From contig NC_134027.1 in assembly GCF_964204645.1 (NCBI RefSeq), forward strand, positions 806,001 to 870,000: a stretch of DNA of 64,000 bases. The letters run 5' to 3'. The position numbers were made by a program, and so were the translations under genes. Shown piece after piece: positions 52,027-64,000 of the stretch (positions within the stretch are counted from its first letter, which is position 1; the number at the start of each line of letters is the position of its first letter). The notes beneath the pieces are model-generated. The model was not told where the DNA came from. It ran no database searches and saw nothing but the letters and a program-made list of their open reading frames with translations. This DNA is from Tubulanus polymorphus. Lineage: Eukaryota; Animalia; Nemertea.

Positions 52027-52245
52027 TAATGATGATAATGATCTTTAAATTTGTAAAGCGCCCGTTTAATTTAGAAATGTTCACCAGCGCTTCATGGATG
52101 TAAGTAAAAAATGCAACTGGCCACATGCATTTTAAAGAAAAGTAGATGGTTCAGATTGTGTTTAAATGTGTTCAGATCATCCATTCTTCTCCAAATCTCT
52201 GAATCCAAAGAGTTCCGCAAAGATGAGGAGGCAATAGGAATGAAT
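52027..52245 (-). mobile_element. 3' remnant of a non-LTR retrotransposon (L2/CR1-type)
   Basis: Minus-strand translation ASSSLRNSLDSEIWRRMDDLNTFKHNLNHLLF matches the ORF2 C-terminal LWNSL...FK..LK..LF pattern. It is followed by an AGCGCT...GCGCTTTACAAA end and an (ATC/ATT)n tail. Confidence 0.65.
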
Positions 52246-54156
52246 AATAATGTTCTAAGACAGAAGGAATTTGGGGACTAAAAATTTCCAACATTTCAAT
52301 ATTTCATTTTCAACCAGTAAATATTCTCTCAGACTCATAATATAATCCCATCTCTGCGATAACACCAACTGTTATAATCGTTCCTAAATCACTCTCATCG
52401 CTCATCTCAACCTCATTATTTTCATTGTCTTTTCTACTTTTTTTCTTGTTTTTTCTCTCTCTCTTCTTTTTTTCCTCTTTAAGGGTGCTTGCTGAAGCGG
52501 CCTTTTATAATTATATTAATCTTTATTTATCTAAGCATAATAAATGACATGCAATTTATTTAAACATAATAATGGCAATCAATTTTGGCCTTTGCTTGGT
52601 CCTCATAAGAAAGACTTCTCAATGTTATTTTTGTTCCGTTTGTGAATATTCGTATAACACGTTTTCTTATGAAATAAATTGAAATTAAACACCGGATCGG
52701 TTTGTAAAAGTGTACAGAGAGTAGGTTAGGGTATAGTGTTAGTGGCGTTCTCGTGGCTGTGGTTACATTAATACAAGAAGTCATGATATGAAACATTGAT
52801 ATTTCGTCTTTGCTCAGACGTTACGAGACGTCGCGTGAAATGCGATTAAGCGATCTACAGGGAGCTGTCACAAGCTCGAGAACAAATCGCTCGTTTACAT
52901 CCAATAACCATCAAAACTCTTACTTATACACACTTCCCGTACATCTTCTGCTCGAGTGGAGCGATTTTTTTTGCTTTCGGATCTGGTGGTGGCTGTCTGA
53001 TGAAACCTTTCTAATTATTTGGTCTTAGACATCAGGAATTAGTAGTACCATACTGAAGATATTTATTCAAATTATAGGTTATGTGTACCCGTCCAGAGTT
53101 TAAAAGGCCCGAACCACAAGTGGAATCATCTATTGTCACAATAGTTGTCCTACAGCGCACAGCGAATTCCTTGTGGATACAGTCACCTGTCATAGGCGGA
53201 TTCCTCACTTGCCACAATAGTCGATGCCCGAATAGGACTACTAGCGACACCTTGTGGATCCACACTTGTTACAAATGGAATCATCTATTGCCCGAGTAGT
53301 TGATGTATTCGAATACGAATATTTATTACACTCCAACCATTCCCATGGTATATGGAGGAAAAATGGTATTTACAATTATTTACAAAAAAAAAACAGTAGA
53401 TAAAAGCATTTGAAACATTAAAAATTGCTATTTACAACATACTATTTACACACACTACCGGAGGGATCTATATACATCTAGACCTAATTTGATAAATTTA
53501 GCCAGTTTAAAAGTTGGATTTTTTAAAACATCAAGATTCCGAAAGGTATTCGAATTTAGGTAGCTTTCACGGAATACGATCAGTAATTTACAGTGATGTC
53601 CAGCAGCACACTAGCGACACCTCGCGGATCCTAGCCACAGTAAATTATACCACCGGATCATGCGTATCAAGGCAAATGATGATGAATTATTATTGATGCA
53701 GTGGTCGATGACCAGTCGAGTCTTTCTGTACCACCGTGCTATGAATCGACTCTGCCCGATAATTCAATTTTCATACTAACGGATAAGTGGAAATAGTCAG
53801 TGGCATCTTGAATGCTGATTTCATTTAGGACCTCGTCTCCACTGGCTGATAACATTATTGTTTGCTTTCATTGATGTGTACAGATCTATGCGCATTCATG
53901 CTCGCGAACCAACCAATCATAGACATGAGGTCTTTTTTCCGTCCATTTCCAAGAAGAAAAAGGCCATGATTTTATTAAGTAACTCCGCGATCGTGACTCC
54001 CAGGAAAGTGGCCGTTCAATACTTAACCACAGGCACCAGAATACCAGAATAAAAGAGTCAGGGTTATTGGTGTTATAACATCAAAAGAATATTTTGAGAC
54101 CACCTCAGTTCCGTAGCCAATCTTAAACTTAAAGCCATTTCTACGTTTAGGCCCAC

Positions 54157-54445
54157 AACTTAAGACCAGTCTAGATTCAATTTGGTTCCATAACCAATCT
54201 AACAACTTAAGACCAGTCTAGATTCATTTTGGTTCTATAACCAATCTAACAACTTAAGACCAGTCTAGATTCATTATGGTTCCATAACCAATCTAACAAC
54301 TTAAGACCAGTCTAGATTCAATTTGGTTCTATAACCAATCTAACAACTTAAGACCAGTCTAGATTCATTTTGGTTCTATAACCAATCTAACAACTTAAGA
54401 CCAGTCTAGATTCATTTTGGTTCTATAACCAATCTAACAACTTGA
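54157..54445. repeat. 47-bp minisatellite (6 copies) inside a MITE
   Basis: AACTTAAGACCAGTCTAGATTCA...AACCAATCTAAC at 54157, 54204, 54251, 54298, 54345 and 54392. Confidence 0.95.
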
Positions 54446-55005
54446 GGGAGCCAGTCTAAAGATTCAAGACCACTTTTAGGCAAAGATCTGGTTCCTATAC
54501 TACCACGTATCAAAACGATATTTAGCACGACCTATTTATATTTTATGTTTCGGAAATCCGATACTAGATTCTTGACCATCAGTGTTCCACAATGACCTTG
54601 CGGTTATCGGTTTTTTAAGTAGTTATGAGGAGGATCGTATTTTGATATTGTTGCCGTATATAAACATGTATGAAGAGGAAAGTGAAGGGGATAGAGACGA
54701 GGAAGCTGGTTCAGTATTCTGATATATTTGCGCCGTTGTATATGAAGAAGTGTCCAAGCCGTTAGTTTTTCCTACTTGATCACGACTGCGGGATACACGA
54801 GGAGCATGAAACCGCGCCATCACACCAGCATCACTAAGTGACATTCGGTAAAATATTCATATTCTTTTATTCCAAATTTTGTGATGCTCACGTTTTTCGA
54901 TCCTGTCTATCTTTATACATGATGATGACAAGAGGGAAATTCGCACGATCGGACAACAGCAATCAACAGTTTGCCGATTACAGTAGATTGGAGCTCCGCC
55001 AACTA

Positions 55006-55248
<243 letters not shown>

Positions 55249-56820
55249 CGTATTGATTAGAATTTTATATTTCCCCTGTGACAAAATACATTCTCACAAA
55301 ATTTCCCAAAACCATTTCAGTTGATAATTTGTATTGGCCTACATGTAAGAATGCGTATGTCTTTTAAGGCAGGTCAACTGCAAAAAATACACGATTCTAT
55401 AATCTCCAAAATATATTGAATTTCGCAATTTTCAAGTATTTGTCAATCGCAGCATAGTTAACTATATTCCCATCTTTAACAGAAATTTAAGAAAAGGGTC
55501 TAGGGTCGCGAACAATTTTACTGTCCGCTTATAATGTATGGCGTGGGTACAGAGTGCATCAATCTCCTACGTGGCGTGGGCATGGGCACAGGGCAGATGA
55601 TACCTTCCAGAGCTTAGGCTTTGAGATAGGACTCAACTATCCCGTGCGTAGCCCGGGCGTGCGGTTTTGGTGTCGGTTGCTCAAAATTTGATTAACCTAT
55701 AGATTACTGACATAATGAAATCCTATAACCATTGTATCGATGATTAAGTTTTAAAAAATTTTGAACAACTGGGCTCTGGATTTTATCAAAAGCTTATATT
55801 ACACGCAATCATATGAAGCAAACTAGTCAGTCATGTGCGTAGAACGGTTTTTATGATAAACATGCTCTGGATAATTTCAGTTCCGAAAACGTTATCCTCG
55901 GCTCCCTCGGGGCCATCTTGGGCGCTTTTTACATCTCAAATTGTCGTATCTATTTCCATCCGTAGTCTCTAAACTGTTCGGAACGTTTTTGGTTTTACAG
56001 ACATACACGCGCGAAGAAACAATCCGGATATCCGCGATGCAAGGATTAAAAGAAAAAACAATTTCATTGTAATTCGCAGTGTGCCGCAAGGCTACATACT
56101 TGTACTATGCAAATAACGACGGTTTGCGAGGAATGTTTTTCGTCAAAGCAGTCAAAGCACAAACAATAATAAATGGCGATGTAAATTCAATTAATTCGAT
56201 TTATGTGTTATATACACAGAGACGAATAACGATGTATTTATGACCGGTCGACAACCATGTGCTGAAAACCGGTTTATTTCACTCTCATTCAATCAATAAG
56301 CGCGGATGATTTTAGGGCTATGAATTTGATAAAGTGTAATGAGCAGTATATACATCTTCAATAAACCGTATCTATTACCGCAAAAGCCAAATGCAACTTT
56401 AAAACACTATAATTTAACTACACGATAAATTATTGCCTCGTCGCGTTCGAGGAGTCTGTTTCGAAATAAATTGCCTATTTAGAACTAAATTTAATGTAGT
56501 ATAATCCACGGTTATCACAGGGATAGGCAACATTATTTTGGAAGCAACTATAATTTAGAAGTTCGTAGATCTAAAATTATATTATTAGCACTAACCAAGT
56601 TATCGACTACGAACACTTCGGTTATCAGCGTTCAATTCGTTTGAAATCGCGTTTATTGATAGGAACAATCAATGTAACCGATTAGAAAAAGGATTATCCG
56701 AATCGCGCTCGAGTGACCTTGACATTTATGGTGACGTCATCAGAAGCATTGGAACTGCTGTGTCGTCCCTGAAGATGTCTTAATTAACGATAATGACAAG
56801 AGTTAAAAAGAAATGAATAT

Positions 56821-56884
56821 CAACAGAAGCAGCAGCAGCAGCAGCAGTAACAGTAGCAGCAGCAGCAGCAGCAACAGCAGCAGT
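56821..56884. repeat. Short interrupted (CAG)n repeat
   Basis: CAG/CAA/TAG triplets. Confidence 0.9.
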
Positions 56885-57444
56885 CGGGAAGCTGTATTTC
56901 TAATATGATCAACTTACAGCAAAAAGGACTCAATACAATTCAATTATATGTTGACTCATCGGGGAAAAGCACGTCTTCAATGGGGCCACAGGGGTTTCAG
57001 TATCCTCAAACATACAAGCATAATCACATATTTGTTTTTAATTTTGAGATTCGAAATTGAAATTCACTGAATGAACTGGAATCTGATGGCATAGTGCGCG
57101 AACCCATTCCCTGGCTAGCGAGGAGTTACTGTTAGTAATCAGCCTGAAAAACTTTGAGTGTTTAACAGAGGCTGGTTCAACCGTTCTGGAACCGATCCCA
57201 AAATTCTGGACCGGGTTCCGCTGGACTCAGTTTCACAGTTATGTAACTGTGGGGACCAGCAACTATGTAACTTTCTAGATACAAAAATATTTGCAATTAA
57301 AAGGCAAAAATTAAGGATTTGCTTTAATAGAAATGTGTTGCAGATTGGTTACTAGTTACATTAATGACGTGTATGTTCGCAAATACTAGCTAGTAGTAAT
57401 ACTAGCTAGTAGCACATAGACAATTAGGTGGTGTTACTGCTCGG

Positions 57445-57590
57445 ATGGGTTTTGAACGGAAACTGCAGATTATATTGATATGTGTTTATTTTGCTTCGGA
57501 AGCACTAGTTATAAGTTCAGATCCTCTCTACGTCGTTTCACTGATCAAACATCGTCGTTTCCGTTTTGTTCGCGCACTTTTCGTCTGATT
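57445..57590 (+). pseudogene. Truncated, degenerate 5' fragment of the neighbouring GPCR
   Basis: ATGGGTTTTGAACGGAAACTGCAGATTATATTGAT...AGATCCTCT...CGTCGTTTCCGTT mirrors 57759-57920 with deletions. Confidence 0.75.
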
Positions 57591-57758
57591 TTCTCTTTTT
57601 TACCAAATCTTTCTATCTTTATTTACACAAAATGATGTATAAAATTCCACTCAGTTGAACTACGACATCTCATAGTACGAGACCAAACCACACGAGAATA
57701 TTACTTACTACGTTATACCAGGTATTACTGTGATGGCGTAATACCAGGTATTACTGTG

Positions 57759-58814
57759 ATGGGTTTTGAACGGAACCTGCAGATTATTTTGATGCACGTT
57801 TTCTATGCCTCGAAGGCGTCGATCTTTAGTTTAGATCCTCTGTTTGTCGTGTTTAACTCGTTGACGGTCGTTGGCCTGATTAAATGTCGTCGTTCCCGTT
57901 CAGTTCGTGCGACTTTCATCTATCTGTTCACGATGGCTGTTTCTGACGGTGTCTGTGTGCTAAATAGTTTGACCGAATTTCCAGCTCACTTGACGAAATT
58001 GATATTGTATATGGTAAAAACCGACCATTGCATGATGACTTATCGAGGGCATTTTATCATGAACCGGTGCCCAATATTTCTACGAAAACTTGTATCGATT
58101 TCTCATCTAATAAATATCAACATTGATCAAGGATGCATTAGGATATTAGGAAATATTACAAAATATTTAGCGATGTGTTTCTCAAACTTGATCGTAGTTG
58201 CTATCGCTGTGGAGAGGTATGTGTCTATAGCATGGCCGTTTATTCACCGACAACATGTCACTAACAACAGAAGACGTTTGTTTGTGTTGCTGATGTTCTT
58301 TGTGAGTTGTAGTCTCAATGACGGCGGCGTTCTTGTCGTTATCAGAAATTGTGGAAATCATACAATATGCTGTCGAGATCTCTTCGCGTACGTTAGCTTG
58401 GAAAGTCAAGGAGGGCTGTACTTTTCGAGGGGACTGTTTGAATTTGTCAAGGGATTGATGCCTTGTCTTTTGGTTCTAGTTCTATCGAGTTTAACCGCCC
58501 GGATACGTAACAGAGCCACCAGAACAATCATTACAAAAAGCGCTAATAAATCTATGCTGTATATAATCGTGATATTCCTAGTCGTTGTTTTACCATACGA
58601 GTTATATTCAAGCCTTGTTACTATAATACGTGGAGCAATTAGAAATAGTGGTTTGGAAGTATTCAATCTTCTATGCGCTGTATTGCTATTTGGGCAGCGC
58701 CAATTGGTTTACCGGACTAATTTCTTGATATATTTACGTACATTACCCGTTTTTAGGGTAACGATTAGAAATATGTGTTTTAACTGTTATCAGAAAAAGA
58801 AGTATATAGAGTAA
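57759..58814 (+). CDS. Intronless divergent class-A GPCR (~351 aa), putative peptide or chemosensory receptor
   Basis: TM1 VVFNSLTV, TM2 IYLFTMAVSD, TM3 IAVERYVSIAWPF, TM5 LMPC, TM6 VVLP, TM7 TNFLIY, helix 8 VFR. Confidence 0.88.
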   Translation: MGFERNLQIILMHVFYASKASIFSLDPLFVVFNSLTVVGLIKCRRSRSVRATFIYLFTMAVSDGVCVLNSLTEFPAHLTKLILYMVKTDHCMMTYRGHFIMNRCPIFLRKLVSISHLININIDQGCIRILGNITKYLAMCFSNLIVVAIAVERYVSIAWPFIHRQHVTNNRRRLFVLLMFFVSCSLNDGGVLVVIRNCGNHTICCRDLFAYVSLESQGGLYFSRGLFEFVKGLMPCLLVLVLSSLTARIRNRATRTIITKSANKSMLYIIVIFLVVVLPYELYSSLVTIIRGAIRNSGLEVFNLLCAVLLFGQRQLVYRTNFLIYLRTLPVFRVTIRNMCFNCYQKKKYIE

Positions 58815-60283
58815 GATATAATTAAGTCTCTGATGATGAGTGTGCTAAAAACATTTCTGCGCACCTAGCGGATTCTCGATTGCCAGGGGAGGATTTCCTC
58901 CGAACCGTTTTCGGAGTCACCCTATCAAACAACGTCGTATCCAGTTTAGTTCCCACCACTTTCGTCTAATTTTCTCTTTTTTTATCAAATCTTTCTAATA
59001 ATTACACAAATGATTGGATATCACTAGCGCACCCTGGTGGATCCTAGATCGCCACAGTCGCATGGCCAGCTCGCCCATCGATATTTTGGATACGAGCTGT
59101 TTTCAGAGTCATCTTTAAACCCAGCTTTCGACACAACCAACCGCAAATAAATATTAATACGATTATTGAATTGATCAACATATGATTACAGAATATTAGA
59201 TTTCGTGAATTTGCCGGCGTGTTGGGAGACGTGGAGGCCCGTTGGCAAGATTCATACGCGCACGAAAATCACTGGGGAACTTACTACAAAAATACGCGCA
59301 TAACGACACAAGTCCCGAAACAGCTTCCGTATTCTGGATTTTCTACAAAATATTCCCAAGGATGTTTCACTCGTAAACTGTTTATCAGAAACTGCACTAA
59401 AAGCATCCGTTAATTAATCATTTACATTGCAAATGTATCGTTTCAATCAGCACATTGTCAATTGTGACATAATTGCGATCTTTGATGTGCCTAAACGACT
59501 AGAGGTTAAAACTAAAAGCATTTTATTTATCTGCCACAAATCTCGTTACCTAGACAGCCTCGTGAGGGATGTTGCATTGTTGATGACCATTTTCAGTCGC
59601 AATGCGGACGACAACGTACTTTACTGAGGAACGAATGATAAATGATTGATTGAAAGGTCACGGGCGTCTATGTTGTTGGTTATTAGGATAGTAGCCAAGA
59701 AAATTGGTAATTACGGATCTTGTCGGGACAGAAATCCGCTCAAGGTTTATGGAGTTTTAGTGAAGTAATCCTTTTGGTATTTCCTGCCTCTCTAAAAGGT
59801 CAGATTATTTTGATGTTGCTTTTTGCATCAATATAAGGAAGCTGATTATAGTTGCTCTAGTCACCTTCGCTTCCAAAAATATACATAAACGCTTAATCCA
59901 GAAAAGGATGTTTTTCTTAAGTGTATCTTTGAGAACTTCCCCAATTTATTCGAATAGCTATTGGCGCTTCTCATCATAAAGCAACTATCACTTAGTCCAA
60001 CGTTCCCCGGGAACCCTCAAAATCCGATCGTGATAGTGGAGCTCTCCTAAGGTTCTGGGAACTCATTGAAAAAGAAGGGATGAAGATGTGTAAGCCAAGC
60101 TTTTAGTGAAATTACCTTTAATTAACTCATAAAAGAAACTACTTCAATGTGTAGGCAGTTCAGGGCAATTTCTGTATAAGCTTCTGAAAAAAATACAACC
60201 CGGCATTGAATGCACAAAGGGGGTTATGAAGGCAGTTTGGACATTTACCTGGTTCAATAATTCTCCAATAATAATTCAATAAT

Positions 60284-60439
60284 AGTTGGCTCCACTCAGT
60301 TGGCCCCACTCAGTTGGCCCCACTCAGTTGGCTCCACTCAGTTGGCTCCACTCAGTTGGCTCCACTCAGTTGGCTCCACTCAGTTGGCTCCACTCAGTTG
60401 GCTCCACTCAGTTGGCCCCACTCAGTTGGCTCCACTCAG
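60284..60439. repeat. 14-bp minisatellite (AGTTGGC(T/C)CCACTC), about 11 copies
   Basis: Direct tandem repeats. Confidence 0.97.
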
Positions 60440-60618
60440 CAACGTTTCAGCTACAGACTAACCATCATCAGGCGTACTGACGTACAAAATGAAATTACAA
60501 AATATTCATACAATAATTTTAAAAAAAATGACTTGAGTGAGTGATTTAAATTGAGAATATAAATTGCATCTTTTTAAACCCTCAACACTCTAAGCGCCAC
60601 GCTTAGAAAGCGAAACTC

Positions 60619-60692
60619 TGTCCCCACCAGGGTTTGAACCCTGGCTCGACGAGACCAGTGACCGGCGCTTTTAACCACTGGACCACTGCGCT
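60619..60692 (-). mobile_element. tRNA-derived SINE head or tRNA pseudogene
   Basis: Minus strand has an A box TGGTCCAGTGGTTA and a T-arm CAGGG-TTCAAAC-CCTG, but the acceptor stem does not pair. Confidence 0.55.
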
Positions 60693-62398
60693 TAATAAAT
60701 TTGCTCAATACAATTCTATTCAAGAACTTTTCATATTTGGCTGAATTAATTGTGGGATTTCTCTGTCGTGATTCATCTTACACGGGAATATTTAGTCTAA
60801 TCTCATTTTGGTTCTGTTGCTTATCTATCGCATTTTGAGATCAGTGTCTTGATATTTTCAATACTACTTTTGAACTGTGCATCAGGCCTGTGAATCTCAA
60901 GGTCCCGTGATGATTTGTGTCCTACTCGTTTTGATTGACTATCAGCGGGTAACCGCTTATAAATCCTGCACCAGACGTAAGATATAGACAGATAACTGTG
61001 GTGAAAGATAGTTCATCACTGCGGGTAACTGCAACGTACTAGATTCCACTCTGGGAGTAATACCATGCGACAGGGACTAACAACCGGACTAACTTGATTA
61101 GTTAGGCGCATTAATCACTGTTTTTCTTATCTAGAGATTGATCCGACTGGCGTCAGAGGCAAAGCGTTCCCTATAGACAGGCCACTCTTATCCTGATAGG
61201 ACAAGATATTCAGGATTGGACCTTTGAACGATGTTGTCGCATTCTTGATGAATTGATACTTATATAAAACCGATTTAGTATACAAATTGATTTTCAACCA
61301 TCTACTAGTAACGAGGGTCTTATTGCGCTGCTATATACAAACAACAGAATGCCTCGAAATTAACATTACAGTTGAAACACGCTGAGCACTGTCGAAGTCG
61401 TCATTATGTTGACGATTATCCAAATGACGACTTAAACTTTGTAAATTGAATTAGAAATACGAATTAGGAATATATAAGATAGCGATGACTTGAGACTGTG
61501 AGATGACGACTTACGGAGTGAAATGAATTAAAAACGTGTACAAATTGAGACAAAGAGACGAGTTCAGTGATGTGTCAAATGATACAAAATGACTACGTAT
61601 GATATAATTTGACCTTATCTCATGGGAGTATCTCAAAATGTTATGAGACAGCATCTTAATATCAATACACTCAATTTCATGGGCAGCATCTCAATTTCTT
61701 GCGTGGCATCTTAAACATCGTGATACACTTTCTCAATTCCACGGGCATTATCTCAAATATCACGAAGAATCAAAAATCTCGAAATTACATCGAGAAAGTA
61801 TCTAGAAACTTCACCGGCTCTGATGGAGAATTTCGCGAATATCGCAATCGCTTGAATGATACTGTGGCACGTGAGGATTGGTAGTATAATTGTTCTCTGT
61901 TGTTGTCGTAAAGATTCCGCACAAATTGTGAAAACTGACGACGCGACGGCGACTAATTCGATTTGAGAAAGTAATTTAGCTTTGGAAATCCGATCGAATA
62001 ACGTAACGGTTTGTAAATCAGTTATATTGAATTCTACGTGGCGAATCACAGGAAAATGAAGTCATCATCAGACTTCTAGTCAACGAGGAATCGAGAATCG
62101 AGAATCAGTAATCTGTGTAGTTCTACCGTATTGACTATCGAGACAGATTATTGCAGAAATTGCTTTGAAATTTACTTTATCAATTCTCAAAGCCCAGTTG
62201 CGCTGTAATGGCTTCGATTTAAGACTAGTCTGAAGAATCTAGTTCTGTATAAGGCCCGAAAACCTGAGGTATATTATTAAAGACCAATTTTGAATCTAAG
62301 TAATGGCTGTGCTGAACTCGGCTTGTTGATACAGGGAACCATGGATGATACTGCTGAAAATATTGTATATATTTTAAAAATCATAAAAAATAAATTCG

Positions 62399-62470
62399 TG
62401 CGTTCGCCGGGAATCGAACCCGGATCCATTGCTTGGAAGGCAACGATGCTAACCTTTACACCACGAACGC
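62399..62470 (-). tRNA. tRNA-Gly(TCC)
   Basis: Complete 72-nt cloverleaf: acceptor GCGTTCG/CGAACGC, anticodon arm GTTGC-CTTCCAA-GCAAT, T-arm CCGGG-TTCGATT-CCCGG, and a downstream T-run Pol III terminator. Confidence 0.97.
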
Positions 62471-63544
62471 CGATTGTTTCTACTTCTCGCACTTAGTAAC
62501 ATATATTCAAAAAGAATTGTATGTAAATCGAACGCATATGTTACTATGGCAATTCGATAAATGTGTTACATTTTGCCGTGATGACTGATCATAGAAGAAT
62601 ACAATCTTTTAGATCACAAATTCTAGAAAGTCATTCGTGAAGAACTTTAAGTGTCTCATGTTAGTAGTACCACACTGTTCAGGACACACTGATCACAGAG
62701 CGACTGAGTGACTGTGGGGATACAACCACTAACTAGGGACCGGGTGAAGACAATAACAGAACAGGTGGCAATGTTTCACTTTCACCCCGAGTCAGTATTT
62801 CGTACTATATTACAATGCTATAACAATATTTACTCGGAAAAAACATTCCGAGTTTAAGGTTCATGTCTATCAAAGAAAGGTTCGATCTCCCCACCTTCCG
62901 CGAGAGAACACTCAACCGTAACTCAGACATGACTTGCGGACTTCAGACGGAAATCAGACAAAAACTAAATCTTTTTCTGACATCGTGGCAAATTTTGCCT
63001 GTCCTAGTTTGTCTGAGTCAGCGGCGATGTGTTTACTGTAGCTGATTTCGTGTGACACGGAATCCAGAAATCACCACCTTAGGATATGTCGCACACCTTT
63101 ACGTACATCTTTTTCTGACGGGAAATTTTTCCCCGAATGTGACATAAACCAATTTGATAGAATATCATGCCGAGAGTCGATCATTTTTATTTCGGAGTCG
63201 CGCGTCGAGCCGTGCCTAAAGGTAACGCATTACTGAACATATTTAAGACACTGTATAGAAACGAGAAAAACTGAGTTTTCAAATTAGATTACCCCCTATC
63301 TTACAGCCGCCTGTCTGAGCTGATAAACGTCATTTCAGCTCACGTCGTTTTCAGCAAATAATCGTTTTTTCCTCTGATCAGCAACGCGATGGAAACTGTT
63401 CTTTTTAACGAGCATTTTATGCGCCAAAAAGGATATCATTTTAGGTATAATGTCAAAACCAATTTACGTTACAGTATATAATATCATCACAGCTAACTTA
63501 AAGAGTTTTACAAAACTGCGGAAGAATTATTTGATTTTGATTCT

Positions 63545-63835
63545 GAACCCAGTGCCACAAAATGTGTACTGTAAGCCTAGGTCTAATTTGATTCTGAATC
63601 CAGTTCCACAGTTGTGTGGGTTTAATTTGACTCTAGAACCCAGTTCCACAGTTGTATAGATTTAATTTGACTCTAGAACCCAGTTCCACGCAGTTGTGTG
63701 GGTTTAATTTGACTCTAGAACCCAGTTCCACAGTTGTGTGGGTTTAATGTGACTCTGAACCCAGTTCCACAGTTGTGTGGGTTTTATTTTACTCCAGATC
63801 CAGTTCCACAGTTGGAGTTTAATCTGACTCTGGAT
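63545..63835. repeat. ~40-bp minisatellite built from the CCAGTTCCACAGTT terminal sequence, about 7 copies
   Basis: GAACCCAGTTCCACAGTTGTGTGGGTTTAATTTGACTCTA-like units at 63596, 63636, 63676, 63718, 63757 and 63797. Confidence 0.92.
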
Positions 63836-64000
63836 CTAGAGGTTTCATTTAAAGCTCTTGAATCTGAACCCTTTATGGTTACGGGATTGGTCCGCGAGAT
63901 TCTAATCTCAACAGTCTTCGTTGTGACGTGTTTAGAATCAAACTCATCATTAAGCCGTTAAAAATTAATCTATCTTTTTGCCCGGGTGTCCAATCGCATT

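Overview
AT-rich animal genomic DNA with GT-AG introns, TTAGGG-type repeats and intronless class-A GPCRs, consistent with a marine invertebrate or lophotrochozoan; the species cannot be determined from sequence alone. Positions 1-11.25 kb are a two-monomer (153 bp and 159 bp) higher-order tandem array. It is followed by a decaying array of about 210-bp exon/intron modules (11.3-13.2 kb) and a GPCR pseudogene interrupted by a telomere-like insert (15.2-16.1 kb). Manual splicing reveals an 11-coding-exon minus-strand gene (17285-23872, about 1024 aa) encoding an SH2 domain, a CSK-like tyrosine pseudokinase lacking all three catalytic motifs, and a ~650-aa disordered/coiled-coil tail. Also present: a 5-exon 12-Cys secreted or GPI-type protein gene, two uncharacterised long single-exon ORFs, two intact class-A GPCRs, tRNA-Gly(TCC), Penelope-type minimal hammerhead ribozyme motifs, MITE/SINE/LINE remnants, and several micro- and minisatellites. 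All gene models and counts were made by eye.
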